A stretch of DNA of 64,000 nucleotides, from the NCBI GenBank assembly GCA_021613535.1, contig CP075493.1, positions 7,998,001 to 8,062,000 on the forward strand, read 5' to 3'. Source of the stretch: Adineta vaga (Eukaryota > Animalia > Rotifera). The notes below the pieces were generated by a model. It made no database searches, was not told where the DNA came from, and saw only the letters and a list, made by a program, of their open reading frames with translations. The translations under genes and the position numbers were made by a program. Shown in pieces: positions 1 to 13,486 of the stretch (the stretch's first letter is position 1; every line of letters begins with the position of its first letter).

Positions 1-1642
1 TCAATTGAGAGTGTCATAAATTCACTTACTTCAATTCCTTTCTTTCGTTGTTTCTTAATAAACAAACGTAATGGTCGACATGATTGAATTCTAAGAACAA
101 TTATAACATAGAATCAATATTCGATATTGATCATCATTCTTACTCTTTCAAAACTTCCCCTGAAACAAACTTGTTCGACAATTCTGTCGATTTTTTCTTG
201 GTCATTCGTCTAAAAAGAGAATCTGAAAGACAACATTAAAAAATAACAGAAATTGCTTATTTTATCATTGTGCCTTTTCACATATGTTAAGTTTTTCTTT
301 ATTCCTTGCATTATCTTTTATATATATATATATGTAATTATTAAAATAACGAAAGATATGTATAATTAAAATCTCATGAGCGATGAAAACCAAAAACAAA
401 AAGCATATATTAAATAGAAAACAAAGCTGCATTGACCGTCACCATTATCAAAAAAAACAGAAGAAAAAGAGAGAAAGATTTGTTCGAGAAAAGAACGTCG
501 CAAAGATTTACAATTAGCACATCCAAAGAAGAAATGAATTTTTTAAAGATTTTATCTGCGATAAAAAATAACAATGAAGTGATAACAGAAATATGTGTGG
601 ACGGCGAAGAAAAGGGATTTAAGATGGTGTTAAAGGTGTAAGACGAATGAGTTCCGCAGGTGATTGCTCATAATTATCAGGTATAATAGAATTCTTTGGA
701 GATAAATCGTTGATCGTATGTGTTTTTCGAATTTTAGGAAAGATTGGTTTGTTTATCTAAATAGAAAGAAATTAAACTAGTAAACAAAACTAAAAATGAT
801 ATTATGTGAGTTAGTGTATAGATAAAATACATAGTTAGTGATAACTAAACAAAAAGCATGCACAAACTACATCGTGTAAATAAAATAGAAGCAAAGCCTT
901 ACAACAGATCATTCTCGTAGTTGAATTGTTTCTAATTTTTTTTCAACTTTAACTCGATATTAAAATCGAGTTTGGATCACATTCTAGAGATGTTGACAAA
1001 AGCACACAAATATATTAAATATTAAATAAAAATAGAGTAAATTGATTTTTAGCAAATAAAAACAAGCAGTCAAAATGTTTGTCATGAGGAAAAAAGAACA
1101 AATGTAATATATCGGCAAATAAATAGATCAAATAACATATAACAACAAAAGTAGAGGACATGGTCATTAGGGTCGAATATATTTACATTGATCAAATCAA
1201 ATACTAATTGAACAAATATTCAAAATAGACATCAATAGTTGACTTGAGATTAATTGGTCAGTTTTATTTTCCTATATATGCATGAATATACTTAGTAATG
1301 ATTCAACAATTGTCACATTTCTTTTTGTTGAAATTAAAGTCAAAAAGATTAATTACGAACATCTGAAGGTCTAGAGAAGTTAAGTGTATGGAATGAGGAA
1401 AAATGAATAGTGTGCTTAAGATTATCAACACAGGAAGAAATTCGAATGGTTGATAAGTGACATGAAGAGATGAGAAGAAGGAAAAGCAGCAGTGAAATTT
1501 CATTCGATATCCTATTATTACACACACACACGCACACATGTATAAGTAGCAGCAAGAATACAACAGCAATCTCCACTCCAAACATGTATGTATTAACTCG
1601 TTCTTAAATCTCATCAATTGTTGTTCTCTCTTACTTCAACGA

Positions 1643-4600
1643 TCAATTTCTCCTGTTTGTTGTCTTGCTCGTCGTACTGTCTGGTACATTATTGTTCGGG
1701 ATTGGGTGAACTCTATTTTTTAACTAGACAAGAGATATGTCGAATAATAAATCAATAAAGACCAAAAAAATAAAACATTACGAATACGAAAGTTTTTCAT
1801 TTAGAAAGAAAAATTGCGAAATGAAAAATGAGATTATTTTCTTCTGACTTACATTGTTATTTTGTGTTTGAGGTTGTTGTTGTGGTTGTTGACGAGTACG
1901 TGTAGCAGATTTTGATTGCATACGTCCAGATGTAATCAATGGGCCCCAACCTTGTTGTTGCGAAAAAGCATAACCAGATCGAATTGAACGTTTACTTTGA
2001 CGAAGTTTTTGTTGAATATGCGCAACAAATGCAGCTTTTTCTTCAGTACGAAATTTCTGATTCAATCGTGCACGATCGGTCTTATTTGGCATAAATCGCA
2101 TGCGAAAGAATCTGTAAAAAGAAAGAAAAATTAAAAACCAAAACTTACGAAATTGATGAACTTACTCTCGACAAAAGACAGGTAATAATAAAATCGTACA
2201 TGTTAAAAATAAGGTAAACCAAAAGTTGCCCGTTGATAACACAGATTGTGCCACCCCAACGTACCCATAATTTGTTTTGAAAATTGAATAAATAATTGTT
2301 GAATATAATACAAAATGAAACAGGAAATGTACAACAATTGTACCCCAAAGAACAAAATGATATAAACCAGTCCAATACCATGTTTCCAAAGCATTTTCTA
2401 AATTAACGACGATAATCATTATTGTTGCAACCATGAAACCGAATGATTGTAAATCAGCTTGAGTCATACCACCTGGTCGCGTACTGTTCGAAACGGATAA
2501 ATATGGCACAAAAAATATGATACATGATGTTAAAATTCCATGTATAACACTTTCAGCAAAGATTTTCTTATTGAAAAATTCATTATTTTGACCAGGTGTA
2601 TATCTTAAATTAACAATAAAGAATAATTATTCGTTCGTGTTTTCTTCATGAAGAAAATAATACTTACAGAGGAGGTTTACTCATTGAATGATCAGCACTC
2701 ACATCCTAGACAAAACAGAGAAGAAAATTAAAAAATGAAGAACAATTGAGATTGTGTGATGTACCTGATCGAAAACACCTAGTGCTAGAACGGGTAATGA
2801 AGAAAAGAAAACATTATATGTTGCCACGAAGAATGGATCATATAATGTCTAAAAAAGAATTGTATATAGACATTTTATCTTTGTTCAATTGTAAACATAC
2901 TTGAGCTGAAAATCCCGAAAAAAATCCAAACCAAAAATGACATAATGTGAATGCGAAATTCTTATAGAAAAAATAACGTAAAAATTTTGAAATTCGCAAA
3001 TATGACCACCGGCCATGAACAAGTAATAATCTTTCAAGATAACGAAATTGACCAAAACTATAATCACTTGCCAGAACAGCTTGTCGACCTTCTTGACCGC
3101 TGATACCCACACCGATGTGTGCTTCTAAAATGAATAGAATAAAAGATTGCATTTGCTTTTTTTTTTCATGACTTACTCTGTATCATCGAAACATCATTAG
3201 CACCATCACCAATAGCTAATGTAATCTTCTTTTCATTCTGCATAACTAACTCAACAACTTGAGCTTTTTGTAAGGGTGTAACACGACAACAAACGACAGC
3301 TTTACACATTGTACCCAGTTCTAATAATTTCATTTTTAATTTATCCGTTAAAGCAAATGCTAATGCTTGACCAGTGATTAATAAACCAAATCCTTCAAAT
3401 TGTTCTCGATCGTGTGCTCCGGATTCATGTGTTGTTGTTGTTGTTGCATGACCATTTGAACGTTGAGTTTTACCATTGGGTTCTTCATTTTTTCTATGTT
3501 GATCAAATTTCATTACGTCAATACCCCAATCTTTCCAATCGAGTCTTTTCTGTCGATCTTCAATTTTTACATCAAATAGTTGTTCAATTTTACCAATCAT
3601 TTCGTTTCGAATTTCTGCTAATTTTTTCTCAACACTGTTTTCACTATCTTCTTCGATAATATAAATTTCCATATCATTCGTTAATAAACGACATGATAAA
3701 CCAATATTATAAGCCGTTTCTAAAAGGGGACATATTTTATTCACGAAACGAAATCTTAAATTGTCTTCAACACTTACCAACTTTATCGCCAGTTAAAACC
3801 CATATTTTGATACCAGCACGTGCTAAACGTTCGATACATTGTGGTACACCATCTTGTAGTTTATCTTCAATAGCTGTAGCTCCAATTAACTTAAGATTTT
3901 TTTCAATTTCTTCATATGTTTCATTCACTTTCTCTTCACGTTTTTCCATACTTGTACTACAAATATCATTTTTCATGAATTTATACAATTTATCTCTTTC
4001 GAAAGTACATACTTTGCTTTATTCAATTTTTCGGCCCATTTGTTGTATTCACCTTCATTTAATTCTCTATATGCCAAACAAAGTGTACGTAAACCATCCG
4101 TAGCAAATTTCTATAGAATTAAAAAAAAGAAAATCAATCAATAGATAAATATCCGAATTAGTTTTCCTTACATTTAAATGTTCATCTGTTTCGCTCATCA
4201 TTTCTCTTTCCGAAGAATCTAAACGTTCTTTAATTTTCGAATCAGCACCTTTACAGAATAAAATTATTTTGCCATCTTTCTTCACAATAACCTAGAAAGA
4301 AAAGAAAACAATCTTTTCAATACAAATTATTTTCCGATACATACCGACATTCGTTTTCGATCATTATCGAAATCCAATATATTCAATAAATCATAGGTTG
4401 AATCTTTATCCTGTAGTTTAACTGAAATACTACTTTGTGTACGATTCTAATAAAAAAAAAACAATGGATTGATATTTTCTTATCTATCCGTATCCGTTAA
4501 CAACTTACAACAAAAACAAAGCCAAATGTTCGTGCAGCAGATACAAGAGCATTTTCATCCGGTGATTGTGCTTGATAATTAATCTTTCCATCTTTTTCTT

Positions 4601-7362
4601 CAGGCATGACAGTATGACAAAGTGCTAGTAAGGTGAAAAAAGTATGTACATCTTTATCGCCTTTTTTGATTGCATCGATCAATTTTTGATCGTACCATTC
4701 GAAATCATCATCTTTTTCATCGAAATGAATAGCTTTTAATTTCTAGAATAGATCTTACGAATTTGTACAGAAAAATTATCAAGAAAATATTACTTCAGGA
4801 TCCTGAATTTCATTACCAGCTTCATCTGTTACATATCCATAGAGTTGTCCACGAATAGAACATTTATTAAATGTCATAATGTTCTAAATAGACATGAACA
4901 GAATTCAAAATTCCATTATGGAAATCAGATTCTATTCTAAAATCGTGTGAAACACTGTTCAGATCGATATATAATAAACTGATGTCAATCTGTTACAACA
5001 GGACAACGATTAACTTTTGTACTCTGTTCGAAGAAATCTCGTGCCATTATAGAGTCTTTTAGTTTTAGTGAATATTCTTCATTAGATAAACTTTGATTAG
5101 AAAAACTGATTATCTTTCTTTTTTTTCTTCATTTCTATGATTATTAATTAAGGAAACGAAGAGATGAAATTGGAAAAAAAAACTTATTATATCTTCGTTC
5201 ATTCATGTAAGTGCTATTGATGATTAATTCAATATACTAAAGAGATTTGACGTCATAGAAATTTTACATTTTCAAGCTGTTGAATACCATAGATACTTAA
5301 AAAGTCAGTCCACCGAATGATATTTAGCGTAAGAAATAAGCACATAGGCAAAAACAAAATATTTTCAAAAACTTCGCTCTCAGCTAATTATATCTTTTTT
5401 ATCACATAATCGTGAAAATCACGATTAATCATGTGTGCGTGTGTGTACGTATCACACAAACCTATTTTCGATTTGTTAAATAGAACGACTATTTACGAAA
5501 GAGAAAAAGGGCAATATGCTCTAAACTTATTTAGTGTTATACTTCTTTTTTTTACCTAGTAAATACCGTAGGCGGCGTTTTTCTCTCACCTATACTATGT
5601 TATCAAAATAATTTTATCCTATCATCTTTTCGATCAGAATAATATTATTTTCTATAGAATTACCTGTGTTAAAGTACCAGTTTTATCTGAAAAAATGTAT
5701 TCAATTTGACCTAATTCTTCATTTAATGTCGTTGTTCGAGCTTGTGCAGGAACATTATTTGGTTCGTAATACATTTTACTATCCCAATCAATCCATTTTG
5801 ATTGTAATAAACGAATAAATTCCACACTGACATAAAGTGAAATCGGTACGACAGTGTTTAAAATGATGATATACGATAAAAAGACTAATAAACTTTTTTC
5901 AAGTGCACCAATACGTTGATCAGTTGAAATATAAGTTTCCCATGGTAAATACATACGAAAATCATAGCCAACAAACGATTCCCAAAATCCGCAACATATT
6001 GTCATTATAGCACACATGACTAAGAGAAAGAAGAAGATCTAAAATGATAAAGAACAAATATAGATTGTTAGAAGAAGAAAGAAAAAAGGAGTTGAATTTC
6101 TTACGCCAAGAATAATTCGATTCAATAAATGATCAATTTTCGTTCTTTTAAATGTTGCTTTGCCACTGTTTTTCATTAGTTTTGTATCTGCGCCAGCATA
6201 GCATACAACTGAAATCACACAAGACAAAAAAAACTCTGGTCATTTTTCTTTTGTCTTTTTTGACTTCTTACTTCCAAAAGCCCAGTGTGTATTTCTTAAT
6301 CTTGTTCCACGTAATAGTACATTATCATTTTTCAATGGTAATGTTTTTCCTTTCCAAGTTAAATTGCCTTCAAATCGTCCGAGATTATTATTTGGTGCTT
6401 CATATTCGATCTCAGCTAAAATGCAAAATCGTTCAGTAAGAAATTCTAAATTTTAACTGTATGTTACCATCAAATTGTGAGAGTTGATCAATATTGTCTT
6501 CGAGTCCACAAGTTTCTTCAAGTGCTTGTCGAACTTTCAAATTTGTTTCTCCATCTAATTCAGCTGTTTCAATAAAACAAAGACCATTCGGTTCACTTGT
6601 TGATACAAGAACAATATCAGCCTAAATCATTTCGATTTTCTCATTATTCATCATTTCATAAAACAATCTTACTGTCACAAATTCATTATTTTCTAACCGT
6701 ACTAAATCACCAACTTTGATATCTCTCCATTTTCTAGCTCCTAGCTCATTTCCCACCACTGTTTTTGTCTCACGATTGTTCACTTGATTATCACTTCGAT
6801 GCCGAGCCTAGATGAAAACAGACATAACAAATAAATAACAAGAAATTTTCTTTTCAGACATACAATATCATCACTAGCATCTTTTATTGCTGTTAATGCC
6901 AAAACGAAAACAAGTGGTAGAATAGTTGTAACAGGAGCTAACGAACTAATTTGTGGAATTAACTAGAAAGAAAAACCGACTCATTCATTAGAATTAGTAA
7001 TGCATTCGTCAGTTTAATTTACCTGTAAACATAGAAGAAATAAAAAGTAAGCATTTGCTAATCGTCGGAACTGTTCAAATAGATTTTTAGGTAAAAAGGT
7101 GATTAAATTATATTTGGACGTTGAAATTTGGTTGCCCTACACCAAGAAAAAAGTGTTTTATTTTTCAGTGCAAAAGAAAAAGTGTTATTCAATCTTACAG
7201 CATACTCTTTTGCAGCATTCGCATCTGGATCATTAGCTTTAATTTTTCGACTTGTTTCTGGAAACAACACAAAGAATATATCTTATTGTATTGAAATGTA
7301 AAAAGAATTTTAATTGACTCACCTTCAACTTTCTTCTTTTTAAAAAATGGTATTTTATTCAT
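1643..7362 (-). CDS. ATP8B: P4-type ATPase phospholipid flippase, ATP8B subfamily (multi-exon; alternative last exons possibly extend to 114)
   Basis: Spliced translation [64 protein letters not shown]. Contains ELDGETNLK (actuator), [11 protein letters not shown] (phosphorylation site), [60 protein letters not shown] and the C-terminal RSGYAFSQ motif. GT-AG introns throughout; nearest terminal exon ends at TGA 1645-1643. Confidence 0.95.
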
Positions 7363-8920
7363 TGGTTAACAAGTTCAAACACTTGCAAGTATCGTTCAAT
7401 TCTTACGCAATCAACAACATATCACAAATAGCTGAACAACGAAAATTGAATTATATATCCAAAAGAAACAAAAGACAATAATAGATCTAAAAAACACCGA
7501 GAATTTTCTTTTCTTCGATTACGTACAATGATTCAGTCTGATGAAAAGATTTCTTTTTTCGTTCTCTTACGAGTCACAATAGGAAAAGAACAAAAAGTAT
7601 CACATACTACTACATATCGGTCATATACGTTTATTCAGAGACTGATCAAATAGTCTATTGGGACACGTAATACAACGAAACCATAGAAAAAGAAGACTGA
7701 TATTTATATATATATGACCCTACCGGAATAAGTTGCATTCATGAATGTTGTTTGAAAAGCAACGATGAACATAGTGTAGTCATAGCGATGAAGAAAAAAA
7801 CAATTAAAACAAAAAAAGGCAAATCAGTGAAGTGTGATGGGCATATTCTACCCTTTTTCTCTCGATCTTTTTTGTTGTTAATATTTAAAAATACAAGAAG
7901 GAGAGACTTTTAATGGCATTTGATAAAATAAAAACTTTTTTTTTCTCACTTTTTCTCTCTTTGACAACAGCATAGCGTGTTTGTTGTTATGTAAAAACTT
8001 ACGCCATGAATTGACGATGAATAAAGACAGTCTATCATACTAACGAGACAGAGAGAAAGAGAAAAAAATGAGAAGAAATCTCGGTAACAAAAGTCATTTG
8101 CAAACAATGCGACGTAGGATAAAAATAAATTAAATTAAAAGATAAAAAGACTTGAATATCGAGTTAGGGTTTTATTCACTCACGAAATCATACTATTTAT
8201 TGGCAAGGACATTCTTCACAATTCGTCAAAGAGGTCTTCATTGTATTTTATCTCGCTGATGTCGTCTAACACATGCTGCTACTCTACAATTATTGATATA
8301 AAAAAAAAGACGTATAAGAAAAAAAATGAAGTAGGAGGAAGAGAAGAGAAAAGGGTAATATTAATAATGTGAACATACGTCGAGAAAAAAAAATAGAAAA
8401 AAAAAGAAAGATATGAATTTATGAGTAATAAAACAATTAAAATATATCAGCGTGGGTTTAAACAGATAATACACCTTTAACTAAATGGAAAAAAAAAATA
8501 ACAACAACATTTAATCATTGTTTTGTGGTCACTGGACGAATCGTTTCATATTTGATGTTTTTATTGTACTATCACGACATCTATTGATTGTATAGGACAC
8601 GTGCATTTTTTAGTATATTTGATACTATTCATTGAACATAAGAAAGTTAGTGAATAAAAATTAAAGGTTAGCCTGGAAAATGTCTACTGTTATCAATTTT
8701 CTATCGTGAATATGTTGTTTTTTATATGATGATGATATGTACATAAAAAATATAAATGAAAAGAGACTTGAAAACTATGGTTGAGAAACATTTCATTAAG
8801 TATAATTGTGTACTATTTTCTTATTTAAAGAAATATTTGATTTATCACAAGCAAAGGATATGTGACAACAACATGATTTGAAGATAGATCTCATAGAATT
8901 TGTTTATTATTATTTCAATC

Positions 8921-8990
8921 CAGAGGTGGGCAAGTACGGCGCTTCACGAGTACGAGTACCACCCCTCTGAGTACGCGTACTTCGAGTACT
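8921..8990. mobile_element. Possible relic terminus of a non-autonomous DNA transposon (hAT/MITE-like)
   Basis: GC-rich island in AT-rich intergenic DNA. Begins CAGAGGTGGG, has an imperfect inverted copy (CCACCCCTCTG ~8959-8969), and six short GTAC-core repeats, mostly (G)AGTAC. No partner TIR or TSD seen. Confidence 0.4.
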
Positions 8991-9853
8991 ATGTTCATCT
9001 TATTTATAAAGTGATTGCATTAATACACCCCAATGAATCGTCTTCTATGGTTTATACAAAACTATAACTTAAATGAATCATAAATTTTATTTTTGGTAAT
9101 TTGCTTATTGTGCGAAATTACCTGTGTAGTTAAACATATTGATAAACAAAATAACAACGCTACAATCACTATTTTTACAAATATATACGGGCTTCCTAAC
9201 AAAGGCAATGATCAATAACCAACAGAAGTAGATGATATGGATTCAAAGTCTTTCCGTATCGATGCCCTCAAGAAATGAATATACTGTTGTTAAGAAATAG
9301 TTTTTATTCATCAATAAACGGTCATTTGATTTTCTCTCACATATCTGTCATATTCTTTATGATATACTGCTCGTTTGTCTTGTTGCATCGTCGTTTTGAT
9401 ATGAAAGAAATTTATTAATATAATATTCACAATGAATTAATAAAGTTTGTTTTTGGTAAAGAGAAAAACACATGGAAAGTAATCGGCCAATACATCAATC
9501 TTATTATTATATACTCAAGTCAAATGAAATACAGAACGATATTATATTTAACAACATAATGAAAATGTCGAGATCATTTTTTCTCGTCAATTTGTTTGAT
9601 ATCCTTGTACATGCATATTCTTGTCAGAGGTCATGTAGACAAAGAATAGAAACAGATGCGTTCAACCGTGGAAACCATCTTCACTATTCAATTCAACTTT
9701 CATTAGTAAGTTCGTTTTCGTAGAGCGTCATCTATCTATCATTTCTTTTTTTTTACATGTGTTAACCAATAAGAGAAACCAATGACGTTATAATTGCATT
9801 GTGTATTGTCAATGCATGAATGAATGAGACAGTCAGGAAAAGTTGTTTTCTAT

Positions 9854-9863
9854 TGCCACGTCA
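9854..9863 (+). promoter_or_regulatory. CREB3/XBP1 (UPRE-type) element TGCCACGTCA upstream of TEX261
   Basis: Exact match to the TGACGTGG(CA) consensus (reverse strand), 60 nt before the ATG of an ER-Golgi trafficking gene. Confidence 0.5.
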
Positions 9864-9923
9864 ATTCATTTATTTTTGTTATAGATTTTCAACGAAAGTA
9901 CCAGTTCACATAATTATTCAATC

Positions 9924-10550
9924 ATGTGGTTTATGTATGCATTATCTTGGATAGCATTTATTCTTATTGCTATCTGTTTAACCATTGCTGTTGCTGCTGG
10001 TATGTATTATGTTGCTGAACTTATTGAAGAATACACATCGATTGCTAAACGTATTATACGTATTATGCTTATTACGGTGACGACTCTTAATATTCTTTTG
10101 ATGTTATTCGAAACACAATTTACATGGACACTTTGTGCTATCGGACTTCTATCCAATGTAATCTACTTTTTTATTCTAGCCGATTTTCCTGTTATTGGTT
10201 TTCTTTCACCAACATTTATTTTTTCCATGGTACTCTTAATCATTCATCATTATTTTGCATTTTCATTTTTCAATTATCATTATTATCCATTTCCGGAAAT
10301 TCTTGCTTATTTTACAATCTTTGTTTGGATAGTTCCATTTTGTTTCGTACTATCTTTATCAGCTAATGATTATGTTTTACCACAATATTCAGAACCGCAA
10401 CGAGAACGTTATAATGAAGATTCAATGCTTAATAATGGTGGTGATCTTGTATCAAATTATTTCAAGAAACGTGCGAAAAAGATTGGACTCTTAGCATTTA
10501 TGCGTTCGGTACAAGATACAATCTTGCCGACACGAAATAAGAAATATTAA
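9924..10550 (+). CDS. TEX261: TEX261 / Svp26-family multi-pass COPII cargo adaptor (intronless)
   Basis: MWFMYALSW...IAVAAGMYYVAELIEEYT, FPEILAYFTIFVWIVPFCFVLSLSANDYVLP and DLVSNYF match the TEX261/Svp26 family. Confidence 0.93.
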   Translation: MWFMYALSWIAFILIAICLTIAVAAGMYYVAELIEEYTSIAKRIIRIMLITVTTLNILLMLFETQFTWTLCAIGLLSNVIYFFILADFPVIGFLSPTFIFSMVLLIIHHYFAFSFFNYHYYPFPEILAYFTIFVWIVPFCFVLSLSANDYVLPQYSEPQRERYNEDSMLNNGGDLVSNYFKKRAKKIGLLAFMRSVQDTILPTRNKKY

Positions 10551-10962
10551 ATATTTCTATCGAACACATTTCTTGTCGAATTAGAATAATCTGTGATGTG
10601 TTGTATATCTCTTTTTTTTGTTGTTGAAATATTCTTCTATACTGAAAGAGTTCAAATGTCTTACAACTTATTGTTAACTGAAGAAAAAAAAACGTTATTT
10701 GTTTTCTAGATAACTTATGTTTGTTCCTTGACCAAGATAATATCTTGAAAAATATAAATGTTTATTTGTTTGCTTTTTTTTTGAAATAAGTTGATGATTT
10801 CACATCTTTTTTTCTAAGAATGAATGAACAAAATTGTTTGGAATATATCGAGAGATGATCAGTTCATACGTTTGACAGAATCAAGAGAAAGAAACGAAGT
10901 AATCTACTATCAAAACAGAGAACAATCGACTTGAAAATTTCTTTTGTAGATATAATCAAAAA

Positions 10963-12541
10963 ATGCGGTTTTCTATTTGGTATGGACTAGTTTTCTTTGT
11001 GCATTGTTTAATTGATATTAATGCCAAATGGGTCGCTGATGTCGATTCATCGATTATTAATGAAATAAATCAAAATCCATCTGTTGGTTATTTAATCAAA
11101 TTTCATGCTCCATGGTATATTTTCTATCGGAATGTTTATAGAAGTAGATAAGAGAGAAATTTTCATTTAGGTGTGGTCATTGTAAACATTTTGAACCTGT
11201 TTATGAAGATATTGCCAAAGAAGTCAATGATTTATCATTATCAAATGATGATTTGAAAGATATTCGTATTGTTCGTATTGATGCAACTATTTACTCAGAT
11301 GTAGCGAATTATTATGATATTCGTGGTTTTCCAACGATAAAGTTTATTCGTGGCAGTCAAATCTATGCGTATGAAAATGAACGAACAAAATCTGCTCTTT
11401 TAAATTTTTTAAAACGAGTCAACGGTCCTGCATTACGTTGGATATCATCCAATGAACAATTCAATGAAATACGTCATGAACATGAAGTTTTCTTTTTACT
11501 TGTAACGACAGACACTGAAAAAAATGAGTCATTAATCAAAGAATATTCAGATGTTGTCAATCGATATCTAAGTCAAGCGTATTTCTATGCAACAAATGCA
11601 TCGATTATTCATCAAACATATTTTTCGAAATATCAATTCGATGATCAATCTCAAATATTTGCAATCAAAAAGGATGAATTCTATTCCTATAAACCTGATA
11701 TTTATAATAATAGTTTAGAAGAATTTGTTATCAAAGAAAAAATTGCTACTTTTCCACAAATCGCAGCTGGGAATATATACGATTTGATATTGACCAAACG
11801 AATTCTGATGATTTATGGTTTTAATGAACAACAAGAAAACTTTCGTCAATTGCAAAAAAGGTTCATTTATTTTCTTTTTCTTTTTATTAATATTTAGTTA
11901 ATTTTAGAAACGAAATCAAATCTCAAATTCAAGCCTATGTGATGAAATACTCATCTTCACTTCATGATACATTTCAATTTTCATGGACCAATGATCTTGA
12001 ATTACTTAGTAATATTGGTAAAGAATTGAATCTTTTTAATCACGAATCTTTATTTTTAATTTTAATCATTTTTTTCCAGCGGTATGGACAGTGGAAGAAC
12101 CAATTTTATTTCTTTATAATAGTAATCAACGTAAATATGGTATTTATTCACTTGTATCTATTATCGATGAAAATATTGATATGAATTCTATTCTAAATTA
12201 TATTACATCTAATTATTCACAAATTATTCAACATACAGGTAATACATGGTCAAAACGTTTATTTCGGCCATTCTGGGAATTATATCGAACAATCATTGCA
12301 ATGTTTATCGAAGCACCACTTGTTTCAATGCTTGTCATGGGCCTTCCAGCGTCAATGTTATCAATTATTTGTTATTGTATATGTTGTTTACCAAATGAAA
12401 CAATGATAAATGATAATATAGACATGTCTTATGAGAAAATGGCAGAAGACGATGATGATGATGATGGCGTTAATGAAGACGCCATAATCAAGAGATTCTA
12501 ATGAAAATCAAAAGACAACGATTGAGAAAAAAGATGATTAA
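10963..12541 (+). CDS. TMX3: Thioredoxin-related transmembrane protein disulfide isomerase TMX3 (4 exons; apparent 1-nt frameshift near C-terminus)
   Basis: Signal peptide; FHAPW|CGHC active site split by an intron at ~11115-11170; GFPTIKF; TM segment APLVSMLVMGLPASMLSIICYCIC; acidic tail. Literal stop at 12501; a KKDD* ending lies in the +1 frame, ending 12541. Confidence 0.9.
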
Positions 12542-13486
12542 ATCAGTTCATACTTTCATATCTACTACAGTATTGCATTTTTAACATTGGTGATAAAATA
12601 CTAGCAAATATCTGTTCCATTTTTTTGTTACTGCTAAAAAGTCAAGATTCTTTTTTTGTTGGATCAAAAATATTCCATTCTATTTAAACTTTACCTAAAT
12701 TTTTCGTTATAGAATTGAACATTCTGAGAACCGGAACTCTAGTTTCATTCCCAACATTACGACAGCAATTTTTCAGTCTTATTTTAAAAGTAGCACATGT
12801 TGAGAATAATCTTTTAAAAAAGGTCTTGTGCGATAACAAAATGGATATAATTTACCTTTCGTTATTCTAATTCTCCTTGATTAATTTTTCTTATTTTGAA
12901 TATTCATCATAGCAACCTTTCGAGAGAAAAAAAGAAGAATAAAATTACACTTATCGTCCATGAACTAAATGTACAGACAAAAAAGGATATACACATTTGA
13001 GTTGAGATTATAACAAAAAGAGAAAGAAAAAAGGACTTCAAGCTTTGTCTCGTACATGATAATGTTCAAGGTGAACAAAATATCTAATGTAATCAAAAAC
13101 ATGATCTAACCTTGGAAATATACGATAAAAAAAGAACGAGAGAGAATGTATTAAATCATGGATTTGGCATTGATAAAAATTTCCTTTTGTTTTGACGTGA
13201 GATCTTCGACGTGCTGTTTATGTATTTGTTTGTAAAACAAGTATAGATGTGTATTGAATACTTTAATCTTGAAGGGTGAATAAAACAATGTGTGACATTT
13301 CTCGTACGTACAGGGAAATGTCGAGCGAACGACGATTACTTTAAATAGTGAGGAGAAATTCACATAAACATTCATCGCTTTTAACTAGTAGTCAAGTTTT
13401 AACAATAGCTTAGAACTTCATTATTCCGCTAACCCGGTGTTTGGTCAAATTTTGTTCTTTTAATTAGAAGAAGATTGGAAAAGAAA

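Noticed and set aside
432-641. Short + strand ORF, and the many 60-110 aa ORFs in the track (e.g. 1303-1617, 9472-9723, 31935-33010, 48621-48896, 52481-53324, 59310-60183)
   Set aside because: Low-complexity F/I/L/K-rich translations of AT-rich UTR/intergenic DNA, or antisense/alternate-frame shadows of real exons; no domains or splice support.
5407-5427. Perfect 9-bp hairpin TAATCGTGA-AAA-TCACGATTA in the long ATP8B intron
   Set aside because: Single short palindrome with no other support; plausible by chance in 64 kb.
8184-8212. Possible alternative first coding exon of ATP8B (MSLPINSMIS|GTGAGT)
   Set aside because: Its phase (2) does not match the phase-1 acceptor of exon 2; more likely a non-coding 5'UTR exon.
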